NCBI GenBank assembly: GCA_052034485.1
Contig: JBPOIM010000029.1
Coordinates: forward strand, 1 to 54,163
Reading direction: 5' to 3'
DNA from: Candidatus Anderseniibacteriota bacterium
Lineage (GTDB): Bacteria > Patescibacteriota > Andersenbacteria > UBA10190
Length of the DNA stretch: 54,163 bases
Shown: positions 25,443-35,429 of the stretch, in pieces
Layout: each line of letters begins with the position of its first letter
Position numbering within the stretch: position 1 is the stretch's first letter
Program-made: the position numbers and the translations under genes
Notes under the pieces: generated by a model
What the model saw: only the letters and a program-made list of their open reading frames with translations
What the model was told of the DNA's origin: nothing
Database searches by the model: none

Positions 25443-27260
25443 TCACGTTTTGTTGACATAGTTTTCGGCGATCCACTGCCATATTTCTTTTGCGACAGGA
25501 ACGGCTTCCGTGTCTCCGCCCCCAGCTTGTTCAAGGAGCACAACCACTACAAATTGTGGGTCGCCGTATGGCCCAAAGCTAGAAAACCATGCATGGGTGT
25601 TGTCGGTACCCCCTATTTGTGCGGTGCCTGTTTTTCCGGCAAGCGGAATTGGAAGTGTGTTGAGAGAGCGTGCGGATCCGTCGGTTACTGCTTGGCGCAT
25701 TCCTTCTTGTACGACTTGAATGTTAGAAGCGCTTACGGAAATTTCATGCCGTTTTGCTGAGCCTTCGATAAGATGGGGTGTGTACCATGCGTCTTTGTTT
25801 GCGATTGCCGATGTTGCCACAGCAATTTGTATAGGGGTTACAAGTACATCCCCCTGTCCGATCCCTAAATGGTATGTATCGCCGATGTACCATGGTTGCC
25901 CAGTTGCTTTGAGTTTCCATTCTGGGCTTGGGAGAAAGCCCTCCGATTCAGACGGAAGATCGATTCCTGTTTTTTCATTCCAGCCAAATTGTTTTAAATA
26001 GTTTGTTGCCTTCGTGACTCCTAGGCCGGGGTGTGAGTCGAGCCCTCCGGATACCATATAGAAGAATGTATTTACAGAATCAGCGAGAGCTTTTTTTACG
26101 TCGGTAATGCCGTGCCCTCCTGCTTTCCAGTCTGCAAAACGCCATGGGCCGACTGTAATACCGCCCGTTGATAGAACGGTCGTCTGAGGCGTAATAACAC
26201 CCTCCTGGAGCGCTCCAGCAGCGAGGAACGGCTTAATGGTGGAGCCGGATGGGTATGTGCCGTTTATAGCTCGATTAAACAGTGGGTGAAGCGGGTCATC
26301 GAATACATGCTTTGTCTGTACTCGAAGTGAGGGTTGCGAAAAGGTATTAGGGTCAAATGAGGGATAGCTTACTAATGAAAGTATTGATCCGGTTTTTGGG
26401 TTCAGTACAATGGCAGCCCCTCGAGTTGGTTCTTTGCTTTCCTTCTTTCCTTTTGCGTCACGGTCGGAAAACAGTCCGTAAATAAATGTTTGGAGCTTGG
26501 AGTCAATGGTTAGTGTAATGTCTTGCCCTGGTACTGTTGGCTTTTCTCCTAAGTCGGTTTTTTCTTTTCCTGACGCGGTTACTTCTGTGTATGTGAGCCC
26601 ATGCTGCCCTCTCAGGGCTGCATCGTATTCTTCTTCAATTCCCTGTTTTCCGGTTGTGTCGATGGCAATAAGGCTGGAGTCTTTTTCTAATTCATCTGCT
26701 GTCACGGGGCTGGTATACCCAAGAATGTGCGCAAGCATTTCTTTAAAAGGATATTTGCGTACAAGAGAAGAGACGAGAGCTACTCCTGGCAAGTTTGCTT
26801 GTTCCTGTTCGATCTTTAATACTGTGTCGTGGTCGATAGCTTTTGTGATAAGGGTTTCTTGGCGAATTTTTCGAGTTCGATCGAGTGCGTTGTGGATATC
26901 GTCTGGTGGGATATCCGGAAATAGCTCTGTGAGACGATCAATAACGTACGATTCATTTTCGCGAGTCGGAAGGTTTTTGGGACTAAATACAAGATCGGTG
27001 CTAGAAATATTCTCTACAAGCTGTACGTGATTTTTGTCATAAATAATTCCTCGTGGTGCCGCCAAGATAATGGTATCTACTCGATTATGCTCTGCCTGAG
27101 CACGAAAGGAGTCGCCACGCACTATCTGTAAGTACGCTCCTCGAAGAAGTAGCGTTCCAAGGACAATTGCAAGAATTGTGCCAAGAATAGCGGGTCTTCG
27201 TTTTGTTGGCGAAGGACGGGAGCCAATATGGTCAATGAGTTCTGTGGGGTCTGCGTTCAT
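25443..27260 (-). CDS. mrdA: Penicillin-binding protein 2 (elongasome transpeptidase)
   Basis: N-terminal anchor and dimerisation domain. SxxK (GSTIKPF), SxN (DSVNTFF) and KTGTAQ motifs. Adjacent to mreBCD. Confidence 0.9.
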   Translation of the reverse strand: MNADPTELIDHIGSRPSPTKRRPAILGTILAIVLGTLLLRGAYLQIVRGDSFRAQAEHNRVDTIILAAPRGIIYDKNHVQLVENISSTDLVFSPKNLPTRENESYVIDRLTELFPDIPPDDIHNALDRTRKIRQETLITKAIDHDTVLKIEQEQANLPGVALVSSLVRKYPFKEMLAHILGYTSPVTADELEKDSSLIAIDTTGKQGIEEEYDAALRGQHGLTYTEVTASGKEKTDLGEKPTVPGQDITLTIDSKLQTFIYGLFSDRDAKGKKESKEPTRGAAIVLNPKTGSILSLVSYPSFDPNTFSQPSLRVQTKHVFDDPLHPLFNRAINGTYPSGSTIKPFLAAGALQEGVITPQTTVLSTGGITVGPWRFADWKAGGHGITDVKKALADSVNTFFYMVSGGLDSHPGLGVTKATNYLKQFGWNEKTGIDLPSESEGFLPSPEWKLKATGQPWYIGDTYHLGIGQGDVLVTPIQIAVATSAIANKDAWYTPHLIEGSAKRHEISVSASNIQVVQEGMRQAVTDGSARSLNTLPIPLAGKTGTAQIGGTDNTHAWFSSFGPYGDPQFVVVVLLEQAGGGDTEAVPVAKEIWQWIAENYVNKT

Positions 27261-27691
27261 GACGTGGATGAATGCTCATGGGCAACGAATGCAAGAATCC
27301 ATGAGCCAATACCAGTGATAATAACTTGATATGGAACAAGAGCCCAAGAGGATCGTGCAATAAGCGTAAGCGATGCAATCTGGATACATACCGTAAGGAG
27401 AGTAAGGGAAAAGAATTTCCAGGTAATATCTGTTTTTACATTTTTCCAGATGAGCGTTGTGCTATATGTAATACAAAATAGAAGCACCATGCTTCCCTGT
27501 GGAAGTGATGAGAAGAGTTCTAGGAGGGCAAGAATGATTCCCCCAAGGACGATAGGAAATGGCTGAACGCGCGATAAGATAAAAGAAGCGGCTACTGGAA
27601 ATAGAAATAGCGAAAATAAGTATCGGTGAAATGCGATATGAAGAAGCAGGCACGCAATAAGAATTCCGATCAGAAGAAGATAATTCTTCAT
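27257..27691 (-). CDS. mreD: Rod shape-determining protein MreD (by position and topology)
   Basis: 144-aa, 4-5 TM protein with 4-nt overlaps to both mreC and mrdA. Confidence 0.65.
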   Translation of the reverse strand: MKNYLLLIGILIACLLLHIAFHRYLFSLFLFPVAASFILSRVQPFPIVLGGIILALLELFSSLPQGSMVLLFCITYSTTLIWKNVKTDITWKFFSLTLLTVCIQIASLTLIARSSWALVPYQVIITGIGSWILAFVAHEHSSTS

Positions 27692-28452
27692 GGGGCTGCA
27701 AGTATTACAACGGCATCAACTGAATCTATGTTGTACGGTACATCCACAACAGCTTCTTGGTAGGCGGCGTTTTCTGGTTTAGAAAGAGACGATACGGTTC
27801 CAATAACCATACCGGAAGGAATGAGTGCTTCTTTGTTTGAAGTTACTATCTGTTGTCCTTCCTGCACTACAGCATCGCGTGGAATAGTGTTCATATGAAG
27901 CGATGTTTGGAATCGACTCTTGAGAAGCCCTCGTGCCGGGTTTGTGCCTTCGTCTGTAGGGAGTGTTTCTACCGTAATAGAGGTTGAAGGCGCAAAGAGT
28001 GTTTCGACAGTACTTGAATGTGCAGTGAGTCCTTTTACGAACCCTACAAGAACAGACCCCATTACAACGACTGGTGCACCCTCTGGCACTCCGTCTGCGA
28101 TGCCTTTATTGATGATGTATGTGGAGTTTAGGGTGTCGATTGGTCGAGCTACAACGGCCGCCGGAATTTTTTGAAACGTATCGAATGTGGGAGTTCCAAG
28201 TTGCGCTTTGAGTGTGCGATAATCGATCAGTTCATGGCGAAGGCGGATATTATCTTTCGTAAGCGTTGTTATGGTATTGAGTTCAGAATCCGAAATGCTT
28301 GTTCCTCGTATACCAAAGATTCGTGCAGTGCTCCCAACAAACGCATTCCACGTAGCTGCGCGTGCATGACGCATCAGTGGGGTGGCAAAAAATCCAAGGG
28401 CAAGAATAGTGGCGCCGAGAATAGAGAGCGCAGCAACGTTTCGTTTCTTCAT
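27688..28452 (-). CDS. mreC: Rod shape-determining protein MreC
   Basis: N-terminal anchor, coiled coil (DNIRLRHELIDYRTLKAQL), and beta-barrel domains with G.PVV...G.VG.V patterns. Confidence 0.8.
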   Translation of the reverse strand: MKKRNVAALSILGATILALGFFATPLMRHARAATWNAFVGSTARIFGIRGTSISDSELNTITTLTKDNIRLRHELIDYRTLKAQLGTPTFDTFQKIPAAVVARPIDTLNSTYIINKGIADGVPEGAPVVVMGSVLVGFVKGLTAHSSTVETLFAPSTSITVETLPTDEGTNPARGLLKSRFQTSLHMNTIPRDAVVQEGQQIVTSNKEALIPSGMVIGTVSSLSKPENAAYQEAVVDVPYNIDSVDAVVILAAP

Positions 28453-28460
28453 GGTACTTT

Positions 28461-29519
28461 CTATTTTAACTCAGATCCATGAACGCTTGGCAAGAGCACT
28501 TCTTGAACAGCTTCTATGTCTTCCAGAACGATTCCGGTGCCTCGCACAACGGCAGTAAGCGGATCATCGGCGATATGGGTTCGGATTTGTGTTGCGTCTG
28601 TGACCACGTCTGCAAACCCACGGAGCAGCGCTCCTCCTCCAGCGAGGTATATTCCCTGCTCAATAATGTCAGAAAGCAGTTCGGGGGGAGTTTCTTCAAT
28701 GCATTGCTTGATCGCATCCACGATTGTTATAACGGACTTTTGAATAGCTTCTCGCACCTGGGAGCCGTTGATAATAACTTCCTTTGGAAGCCCGGTTACT
28801 AAGTCTCGTCCGCGGATGGGCGCTTCAAACAATTCGGTATTTTCATGAGCGGAACCAATACGGATTTTAATTTCTTCTGCGGTGCGCTCTCCAATAAGCA
28901 TATTAAAATTGCTTCGTGCATATTGGACGATGTTTTCATTGAGTTCGTCTCCGGCAATACGCAGCGTGCGATTGACCACAATGCCGCCGAGGGAGATAAC
29001 GGAAATTTCAGATGTTCCTCCGCCAATGTCGACAATAATATTTCCTGTTGCTTCGTGAATAGGAAGCCTGGATCCAATTGCGGCTGCCATAGACTCTTCA
29101 ATCAAAAATACCGCGCGCGCGCCGGCTCGCAGCGATGCTTCTTCTACAGCACGACGCTCTACTTCCGTAACTGATGATGGAATACCAATAACAATTCGTG
29201 GGCGAGGAAGAATATGAAAGCCATCTTCATGAACCTTTTGAATAAAATACGAAAGCATTTGCTCGGTTACTTCAAAGTCAGAGATAACTCCGTCTCGTAG
29301 TGGTCGAATCGCCACAATGTGCCCAGGAGTTTTTCCAACCATGCGCTGTGCTTCTTTTCCAATAGCTAGTACTTCCCCGGTCTTTTTGTTCATGGCAACA
29401 ACGGAAGGCTCGTTGATGACAACGCCTTTTCCTCGCACGTATACCAATGTATTAGCGGTCCCTAAATCGATTCCGATGTCTTGGGAGAACCGGCCAAGGA
29501 AGTTATTAACGAATCCCAT
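28461..29519 (-). CDS. mreB: Rod shape-determining protein MreB
   Basis: Actin-fold motifs DIGIDLGTANTLVY, DIGGGTSEISV and IYLAGGGALLRG. Confidence 0.95.
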   Translation of the reverse strand: MGFVNNFLGRFSQDIGIDLGTANTLVYVRGKGVVINEPSVVAMNKKTGEVLAIGKEAQRMVGKTPGHIVAIRPLRDGVISDFEVTEQMLSYFIQKVHEDGFHILPRPRIVIGIPSSVTEVERRAVEEASLRAGARAVFLIEESMAAAIGSRLPIHEATGNIIVDIGGGTSEISVISLGGIVVNRTLRIAGDELNENIVQYARSNFNMLIGERTAEEIKIRIGSAHENTELFEAPIRGRDLVTGLPKEVIINGSQVREAIQKSVITIVDAIKQCIEETPPELLSDIIEQGIYLAGGGALLRGFADVVTDATQIRTHIADDPLTAVVRGTGIVLEDIEAVQEVLLPSVHGSELK

Positions 29520-29529
29520 ACCACTCTTT

Positions 29530-30756
29530 CTACAGGAGACGTTTGATAATTGAAGATAATGACTCGGTAATTATTTCTCCGGAAGCACGTGAGGCAAGCT
29601 CAACGTCTCCCGCAGTTTTTTTAGATATAACTGCCCTCCAAGGAATACCAAGTAGTTCTGCATCCGTAAACTTTGCTCCTGTCGCAATGTCACGATCGTC
29701 ATACAGAACTTCTATGCCCGCCTTCGTAAGCTCTTCGTATGCTGCATCTGCGGCGGCAACTACAGACGCATCATCTCGATTCAACCCCGCCAAGTATACA
29801 CGGAACGGAGCTACGCTCTCTGGCCAAATAATCCCCTTATCGTCGTGGAATTTTTCAACCAATACTCCCATGAGCCGAGTTGTTCCGATTCCGTATGAAC
29901 CCATGTACACAATCTGCGGTTTGCCGTTTTCGTCGGTGTACGTATAGTCGAATGCTTTCGAGAACTTTGTATTGAGTGGGAAAATGTTTCCAACTTCTGA
30001 TGCGTTATGTTGGGTAAAGTTATCACCTTCAGGAGCAACTTCTTTATTGAACGCTTCGCCTGTTTCGTTATTGATATAAATAACGTCTTCGCCGGCTTCG
30101 CAGATTGTTTGAAATTCGTGAGAGAACCCAGTTGTAAAATCTCCTCCCGATGCTTTCGTGATTTTTGTATCTTCTCCAATTCCTACTCGCGTGTATACGC
30201 GCATGTATGCTTCTTTTGCGCGTTCGTAGTATGCAAGCAAATCTTCTTCGCTGGTGTGGAAGCTATACAAATCTTTCATGCGAAACTCTCGCCCGCGCAT
30301 AAGGCCAGATTTTGCGCGTTCTTCATTACGGAACTTTGTTTGGATTTGGTATACGGCAAATGGAAAATCTTTGTAGCTAAAACGAGTCTTCTTTGCTAGC
30401 GGAGTAACTAATTCTTCATGGGTAGAATTTAACACATATGTGGTGTCGTTTCGCTTTCGAGATGCTTCATTCCCACCTCGCGCTTCCAAGAGAACATCAA
30501 TCCCTGTTCGGCCAGTGGTTTCCCATAAATCAAGTGGAGACAGTGAGGGCATCAGGAGTTCTGAACCAAGCGTGTCCATTTCTTCTCGGACAATGTTTTC
30601 AATTTTAGTAAGCGTTCTAAGGCCTATTGGGAGCATGGTGTATACCCCAGAAGCAACCTGGTCGATGAACCCTCCCTTTTGAAGAAGGGTAGCGTTTATG
30701 GAGTCGAACTCCTTCGCGTCTTTATTGGTTTTAAGAAAATAGGATGAGTATTTCAT
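29530..30756 (-). CDS. proS: Prolyl-tRNA synthetase, bacterial type without the INS editing domain
   Basis: Class II motifs (FRNEERAKSGLMRGREFRMKDLYSF; GSYGIGTTRLMG) and a C-terminal anticodon-binding domain. It is only 408 aa, with about 25 aa where INS would sit. Confidence 0.88.
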   Translation of the reverse strand: MKYSSYFLKTNKDAKEFDSINATLLQKGGFIDQVASGVYTMLPIGLRTLTKIENIVREEMDTLGSELLMPSLSPLDLWETTGRTGIDVLLEARGGNEASRKRNDTTYVLNSTHEELVTPLAKKTRFSYKDFPFAVYQIQTKFRNEERAKSGLMRGREFRMKDLYSFHTSEEDLLAYYERAKEAYMRVYTRVGIGEDTKITKASGGDFTTGFSHEFQTICEAGEDVIYINNETGEAFNKEVAPEGDNFTQHNASEVGNIFPLNTKFSKAFDYTYTDENGKPQIVYMGSYGIGTTRLMGVLVEKFHDDKGIIWPESVAPFRVYLAGLNRDDASVVAAADAAYEELTKAGIEVLYDDRDIATGAKFTDAELLGIPWRAVISKKTAGDVELASRASGEIITESLSSIIKRLL

Positions 30757-30761
30757 ACAGG

Positions 30762-31838
30762 TTATAGGTAATGCCGTATATCTTTAAACGTAATCGCAAT
30801 CATCAAGACAATCAAAAGGGCAAATCCGGCAGTATGGACGTACCCCTCAACATTTGCCGGCACTCGTCTGCCCATGATTTTCTCTATAATAACAAAAAGA
30901 ATGCGTCCGCCATCGAGTGCTGGGAGAGGTAAAATATTGATAATCGCCAGGTTAATGCTGATCATGGCAGCAAATTCTAAGAAGTATGAAAGACCAAGAG
31001 ACGCAGCTTCCTTGGTGTATATAGCAATTCCAATAGGGCCAGTTAATACTTGTCCAACATTTTCATGAGCAAAGAGTTTTTGAATAAGCCCAGCAAACTG
31101 GCTTACAATCGCCCCAGTCATCATTGCAGTTTTCTGTACGCCGTGCCATGGGGCAGTGTACCAAGGTGCTTGTAAGAGCCCGGTTTCCCCCATACTAATT
31201 CCAATTGCTCCCTGCCCTTCAGGAGGGTTTACTCGTGGAGTTACGGTAAATGTTTGATGTTGGCCTGCGCGTTCTACTTCAATTGCAACGGGAGTGCCTG
31301 CGGCGGTTTTTGTTGCTTCTTGAATTTGCGATATGCTTGGTTGCTCTACGGCGCTGTACTGCACAATTCTATCGTATGGTTGGAGCCCTGCTTGTGCGGC
31401 CGGGGATTCAGGAGCAACTTCCAGCACATAGGTCATAATATTAGAAAGACTGTTTCTGTTTGCATCGGTTACGATTGTAGGCGACCCAAGAGCACTTTCG
31501 ACAGAAAGAAGGACTACAGCTAGCACAAGATTCATTACAACTCCTGCAGATAAAATAGCAATTCTCCATGAAGCACTTTTGCTGGCGAAGCTGGTTGCTG
31601 CTGGGGTTTCTTCGTTCATGTCTTCCCCTTCAATTTTCACGAATCCTCCAATTGGAAGGAGGTTTATTGAATACAGCGTGCCATGCCACATTTTTGAAAT
31701 GAGGCGTGGAGGAAAACCAAATCCAAATTCTTCAACGTTACACCCGGCCTTTTTTGCCATAATAAAATGGCCCCATTCGTGCACCAGCACAAGTGCCAAA
31801 AGCATCCCAAGAAATATAAGAATAGTGGCAAATAGCAT
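30762..31838 (-). CDS. rseP: RIP metalloprotease RseP (site-2 protease, M50)
   Basis: HEWGHF (HExxH), an internal PDZ domain, and NILPLPALDGG. Confidence 0.9.
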   Translation of the reverse strand: MLFATILIFLGMLLALVLVHEWGHFIMAKKAGCNVEEFGFGFPPRLISKMWHGTLYSINLLPIGGFVKIEGEDMNEETPAATSFASKSASWRIAILSAGVVMNLVLAVVLLSVESALGSPTIVTDANRNSLSNIMTYVLEVAPESPAAQAGLQPYDRIVQYSAVEQPSISQIQEATKTAAGTPVAIEVERAGQHQTFTVTPRVNPPEGQGAIGISMGETGLLQAPWYTAPWHGVQKTAMMTGAIVSQFAGLIQKLFAHENVGQVLTGPIGIAIYTKEAASLGLSYFLEFAAMISINLAIINILPLPALDGGRILFVIIEKIMGRRVPANVEGYVHTAGFALLIVLMIAITFKDIRHYL

Positions 31839-31894
31839 AGTCTTTTAAGGGTAGCCCAAAGTCTTCTTTGGCGCCAGAGAATAAAAATACTCTG

Positions 31895-32455
31895 TTATAT
31901 TGTCGATATGTCCTGTTCTTTGTCTTTGATGCGGGTTTCGAGGTCGTCTTGTGCTTTGCTGATGAGTTCGTCGAGCTTCTTCTTTCCGTTGTAAAAATCG
32001 TCTTCGGAAATTTTGCTATCTTCTTTCTCTCTCTTGAGCATTTTAACCGCTTCGTCTCGCCCTTGGCGCATACGGATACGAGTTTCTTCTGCTTTTGCAT
32101 GAAGGGTTTTGATTGTCTGGTTTCGTACTTCTTCGGTGAGTGATGGAAATGCAAGACGAATGTTTGAGCCATCTACTGTTGGCATAACACCAATGTTTGC
32201 CTCAGTGAGTGCCTTTTGAATTGCCGGCACGGTGCTTTTGTCCCATGGAGAAATAAGAATTGTTCGGGCATCAAGGCTGGAGACAGATGCAACTGCTTTT
32301 AGCGGGTTTCGCGTCCCATACACTTCTACTTGGATGGAGTCGACAATATTTGGGGTAACTCGGCCAGATCGCAGTGTTGCGATTTCTTTAATAAACCATT
32401 GAACTGCTTCTTCTTTTGCTTCTGCAAATACGTGTTCTGCTTGTTGGATGGGCAT
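31895..32455 (-). CDS. frr: Ribosome recycling factor
   Basis: 186 aa reading ...LRSGRVTPNIVDSIQVEVYG...ISPWDKS...LTEEVR... Confidence 0.93.
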   Translation of the reverse strand: MPIQQAEHVFAEAKEEAVQWFIKEIATLRSGRVTPNIVDSIQVEVYGTRNPLKAVASVSSLDARTILISPWDKSTVPAIQKALTEANIGVMPTVDGSNIRLAFPSLTEEVRNQTIKTLHAKAEETRIRMRQGRDEAVKMLKREKEDSKISEDDFYNGKKKLDELISKAQDDLETRIKDKEQDISTI

Positions 32456-32475
32456 ACAATATTAAAATAAAGAGT

Positions 32476-33222
32476 CTATCTCACAGTATTTCGTAAGTTT
32501 GCCAGCGACGCAAGTAAAATGTCTGCTGCCAGTTTTGTGTTTCCTCCGGCAAACGATGCTGTTTTGTAGTAGTCGCGAAGCCGCTGTGATGCCTTAAAGA
32601 GCGCAACACTGGCACCCTGCTGTAAAAGGAGCGTATGAATAAGCTGAGATATTTCTTCAAGTTCCTTATCTTCAAACGGTTCTGATTTTCGTAGTTGCGA
32701 AAGTTTCTCAAGTAGATGCTTTGTATCGGGCTGTTTCTGAAGCTGAGAACCTCCCGCTGCAAAGAGTACGTTGCATCGCGAGTAAATGGTTGCAATAACA
32801 CTTCTCTTTGAAGGAGCACATAGCAAGAAGCGAGTGCTCTTTGAGGGCTCTTCAAGTGTTTTGAGAAGTGCGTTTGCTGCCTCCGGGAGGATTTGGTCTG
32901 CATGAGGAACACAAATCATTCGTTTGTCCGACGTGCTGCGAAGCATTTCGCGCAGGTGCTCAATGTGTTTTATTTTAATTCGTCCATTTTCCCCTTCAAT
33001 CGTAAGTGTATCAGGATGAGTCCCTGCCTGTACTTGCTTGCAAGGCTTGCAGGCGCCACAAGGCGTGCCCGTCTGCTGAATACATACAGCGGCTCGCTGC
33101 GCAAATGAGATAATTTCTGTAATTGTTGCAGGAGAAGACGAAATTAATAATATCGGCTGCTGAGCATCAGGAGATACTGCCCACGCTCCAATTTCTTGTA
33201 TGAGTGCTTGCCGCTGAGCCAT
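32476..33222 (-). CDS. holB: DNA polymerase III delta-prime-like clamp-loader subunit (short)
   Basis: Zn module CGACKPCKQ, then ANALLKTLEEPSKSTRFLL and the IYSRC sensor motif. It is 248 aa, shorter than typical delta-prime. Confidence 0.75.
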   Translation of the reverse strand: MAQRQALIQEIGAWAVSPDAQQPILLISSSPATITEIISFAQRAAVCIQQTGTPCGACKPCKQVQAGTHPDTLTIEGENGRIKIKHIEHLREMLRSTSDKRMICVPHADQILPEAANALLKTLEEPSKSTRFLLCAPSKRSVIATIYSRCNVLFAAGGSQLQKQPDTKHLLEKLSQLRKSEPFEDKELEEISQLIHTLLLQQGASVALFKASQRLRDYYKTASFAGGNTKLAADILLASLANLRNTVR

Positions 33223-34103
33223 TATTTTCGTTTTGCCAGGTAGTACAACAGTGGCGGCGCAACAAATAGTGAAGAGTATACACCGGTTACAACTCCAATC
33301 GTGAGCGCAACAATGAACCAGTGAATAGATGTCCCTCCGAAAATAAGCACAGCGACGAGCGTGATGATAACGGTAAATGAAGTATTGAGTGAGCGGCCAA
33401 GGGTGAGTATCAGTGCTCGGTCGATAATTTCAAGCAGGCTCTTCCCTCGTGCTAGGATCCACTCAGAACGAAGTCGGTCAAAGATAACGATTGTGTCATT
33501 TACGGAATACCCAAGTACTGCCAGCTGCGCCGTTACAAACAGCGTATCTACCGGCACATTCCATAGCTTTCCAAAAATAGAGAAGCACGCAGTAACTAAG
33601 AACAAGTCGTGAACCAATGCATAAATTGCCGCCACTCCAAGCTTCCATGGGGTAATAAATCCGCTCACTGTTCTGAATGTATATGCCAAATATACAATCA
33701 AAATAATCAGTACGATGATAACTGCATACACAGATTTTGTACGAAGCTCTTTGCCGATTGTAGGCCCAACTGATTCAAAGCTGCGCTCTTGCCCGGTCAT
33801 GTACTTTTGGTCTTGTAGGTACGAAATAACCTTTTTGTGCGTGGCGTCATCCAGGAGAGGTGTTCGTATAATTAGTGTTCCTTCTTGTGTGCTTTGTGCT
33901 GTTGCGGAAATGCTAAATGTTTCAGAAAGTTTTAATTGTACTTCCTGGGCTTTGTCGGTATTGCCTTCAACTTCAAGCAATGACCCGCCTACAAAATCAA
34001 CTCCCCATACTGGCGGAATAAGGATTGTAATTGCGATACTGATTGCGATAGTAGCCGCAGAAATTATCATCCAAAGTTTGGGATTCTTCATCATAGGAGC
34101 CAT
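33222..34103 (-). CDS. secF: Protein translocase subunit SecF
   Basis: 6-TM SecF pattern (..GVDFVGGSLLEV.., ..DTIVIFDRLRE..). An alternative ATG at 34094 forms ATGA with the secD stop. Confidence 0.9.
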   Translation of the reverse strand: MAPMMKNPKLWMIISAATIAISIAITILIPPVWGVDFVGGSLLEVEGNTDKAQEVQLKLSETFSISATAQSTQEGTLIIRTPLLDDATHKKVISYLQDQKYMTGQERSFESVGPTIGKELRTKSVYAVIIVLIILIVYLAYTFRTVSGFITPWKLGVAAIYALVHDLFLVTACFSIFGKLWNVPVDTLFVTAQLAVLGYSVNDTIVIFDRLRSEWILARGKSLLEIIDRALILTLGRSLNTSFTVIITLVAVLIFGGTSIHWFIVALTIGVVTGVYSSLFVAPPLLYYLAKRK

Positions 34104-35407
34104 TTTTTATGAGTTGCTGGAAGCGTAAATAACAACGTAAGGATACCGCGACTAATAGTAATAGCGGTAAATAGCGACAAGATAATACCGAGCGAAAATG
34201 TGAGCGCAAATCCTTTTACGATAGATGTTCCAAACATGTACAACACAAGTCCAGTAAGTAGGCTAGATACGTTTGACGCATTGATGGAGCTCCATGCCGC
34301 ATTAAACCCGTCTTTCAAAGAAAACGGAACCGTTTTGCCTCCGCGGATATTTTCACGGAAGCGTTCAAAGATTAGGACGTTTGCATCTACTGCCATTCCG
34401 ATAGACATAATAAAACCAGCAATACCGGCAAGTGTAAGGGTAACTGGAATGAGCTTCATAATTGCTAAGAACAATACGGTGTAAATCACTACCGCAACCG
34501 ATGCAACAAGTCCTGGTAAGCGGTAATACCCAATCATCCAAACCACTACGGCAATCAGCCCAATAGTGCCGGCCAAGAGGCTCTTTGCAATAGCCGTCTT
34601 TCCGAGCGTTGGGCCAATGATGCTCTGGCCGATCAGCTCAATGGGTACGGGCAGTGCCCCGGAGTTTAATCCTCGTACAACATCTTTTGCTTCCTGCAGG
34701 CTATAGCTTCCGGTAATAACTGCTTGGCCATTTGTGATTTCTGTATTTACAACTGGAATTTGGATAGGTACTCCATCAAGGTAAATAGCGATACGCTTCC
34801 CAATATTTTCTTTTGTGAGTTGCGCAAACAACTTTGTTCCTTCGCTATCGAATTCCAACCCTATTTGTGGAGTGCCGGTTACTTGGTCAAATTCTACTTT
34901 TGCGCGCTTTAAGTTTTTCCCGGTAAGGCCGGTTGGAATAAACAATGAATTTTGTAATTCAGTAGAATTGCTTGAAAGCGCACTTGCAACATCTGCATTT
35001 GGATTTTCTTTTCTAAAATCGAGTGTTGGAGTTTGCCCAATAAGGCGCTTTGCTTCTTCTGGGTCTTGGACTCCGGCAAGCTCAACAATAACGCGGTATT
35101 CACCTTCTACTTTATTTGTTTGAATAACTGGTTCCGATACACCAAACGAATTTACTCGTCGTTCAATAACGTCTCGTACTCCCGCAAGCGATTCCGCAGG
35201 GTCTTCCCCTTTTGCTGCGTCTACGTTTGCCCGATACACCAAACGAGTACCACCTCGCAGATCCAGCCCCAGCTTCATGTCGAGGCTTCGTTCAAACGAG
35301 CCTAGTTTGATATGCGGATGCTTGGGGCTTGCTACCCACGCCGCAAGTCCAATAACCACAAGGAGGACCAGCCCCCAGAGAAGTTGTCGTTTTGTGCTCC
35401 GCTGCAT
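34091..35407 (-). CDS. secD: Protein translocase subunit SecD
   Basis: Reads LGLDLRGGTRLVY, a periplasmic domain, then GIAGFIMSIGMAVDANVLIFER. ATG 35407 is preferred over the ORF-track TTG 35446. Confidence 0.9.
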   Translation of the reverse strand: MQRSTKRQLLWGLVLLVVIGLAAWVASPKHPHIKLGSFERSLDMKLGLDLRGGTRLVYRANVDAAKGEDPAESLAGVRDVIERRVNSFGVSEPVIQTNKVEGEYRVIVELAGVQDPEEAKRLIGQTPTLDFRKENPNADVASALSSNSTELQNSLFIPTGLTGKNLKRAKVEFDQVTGTPQIGLEFDSEGTKLFAQLTKENIGKRIAIYLDGVPIQIPVVNTEITNGQAVITGSYSLQEAKDVVRGLNSGALPVPIELIGQSIIGPTLGKTAIAKSLLAGTIGLIAVVVWMIGYYRLPGLVASVAVVIYTVLFLAIMKLIPVTLTLAGIAGFIMSIGMAVDANVLIFERFRENIRGGKTVPFSLKDGFNAAWSSINASNVSSLLTGLVLYMFGTSIVKGFALTFSLGIILSLFTAITISRGILTLLFTLPATHKKWLL

Positions 35408-35429
35408 ATAAGGATAGTTGTACCGCGGT

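Noticed and set aside
31738-32172. A 144-aa minus-strand ORF rich in K/R/S.
   Set aside because: It is an alternative frame overlapping the frr and rseP junction. Both authentic genes are clearly recognisable in their own frames.
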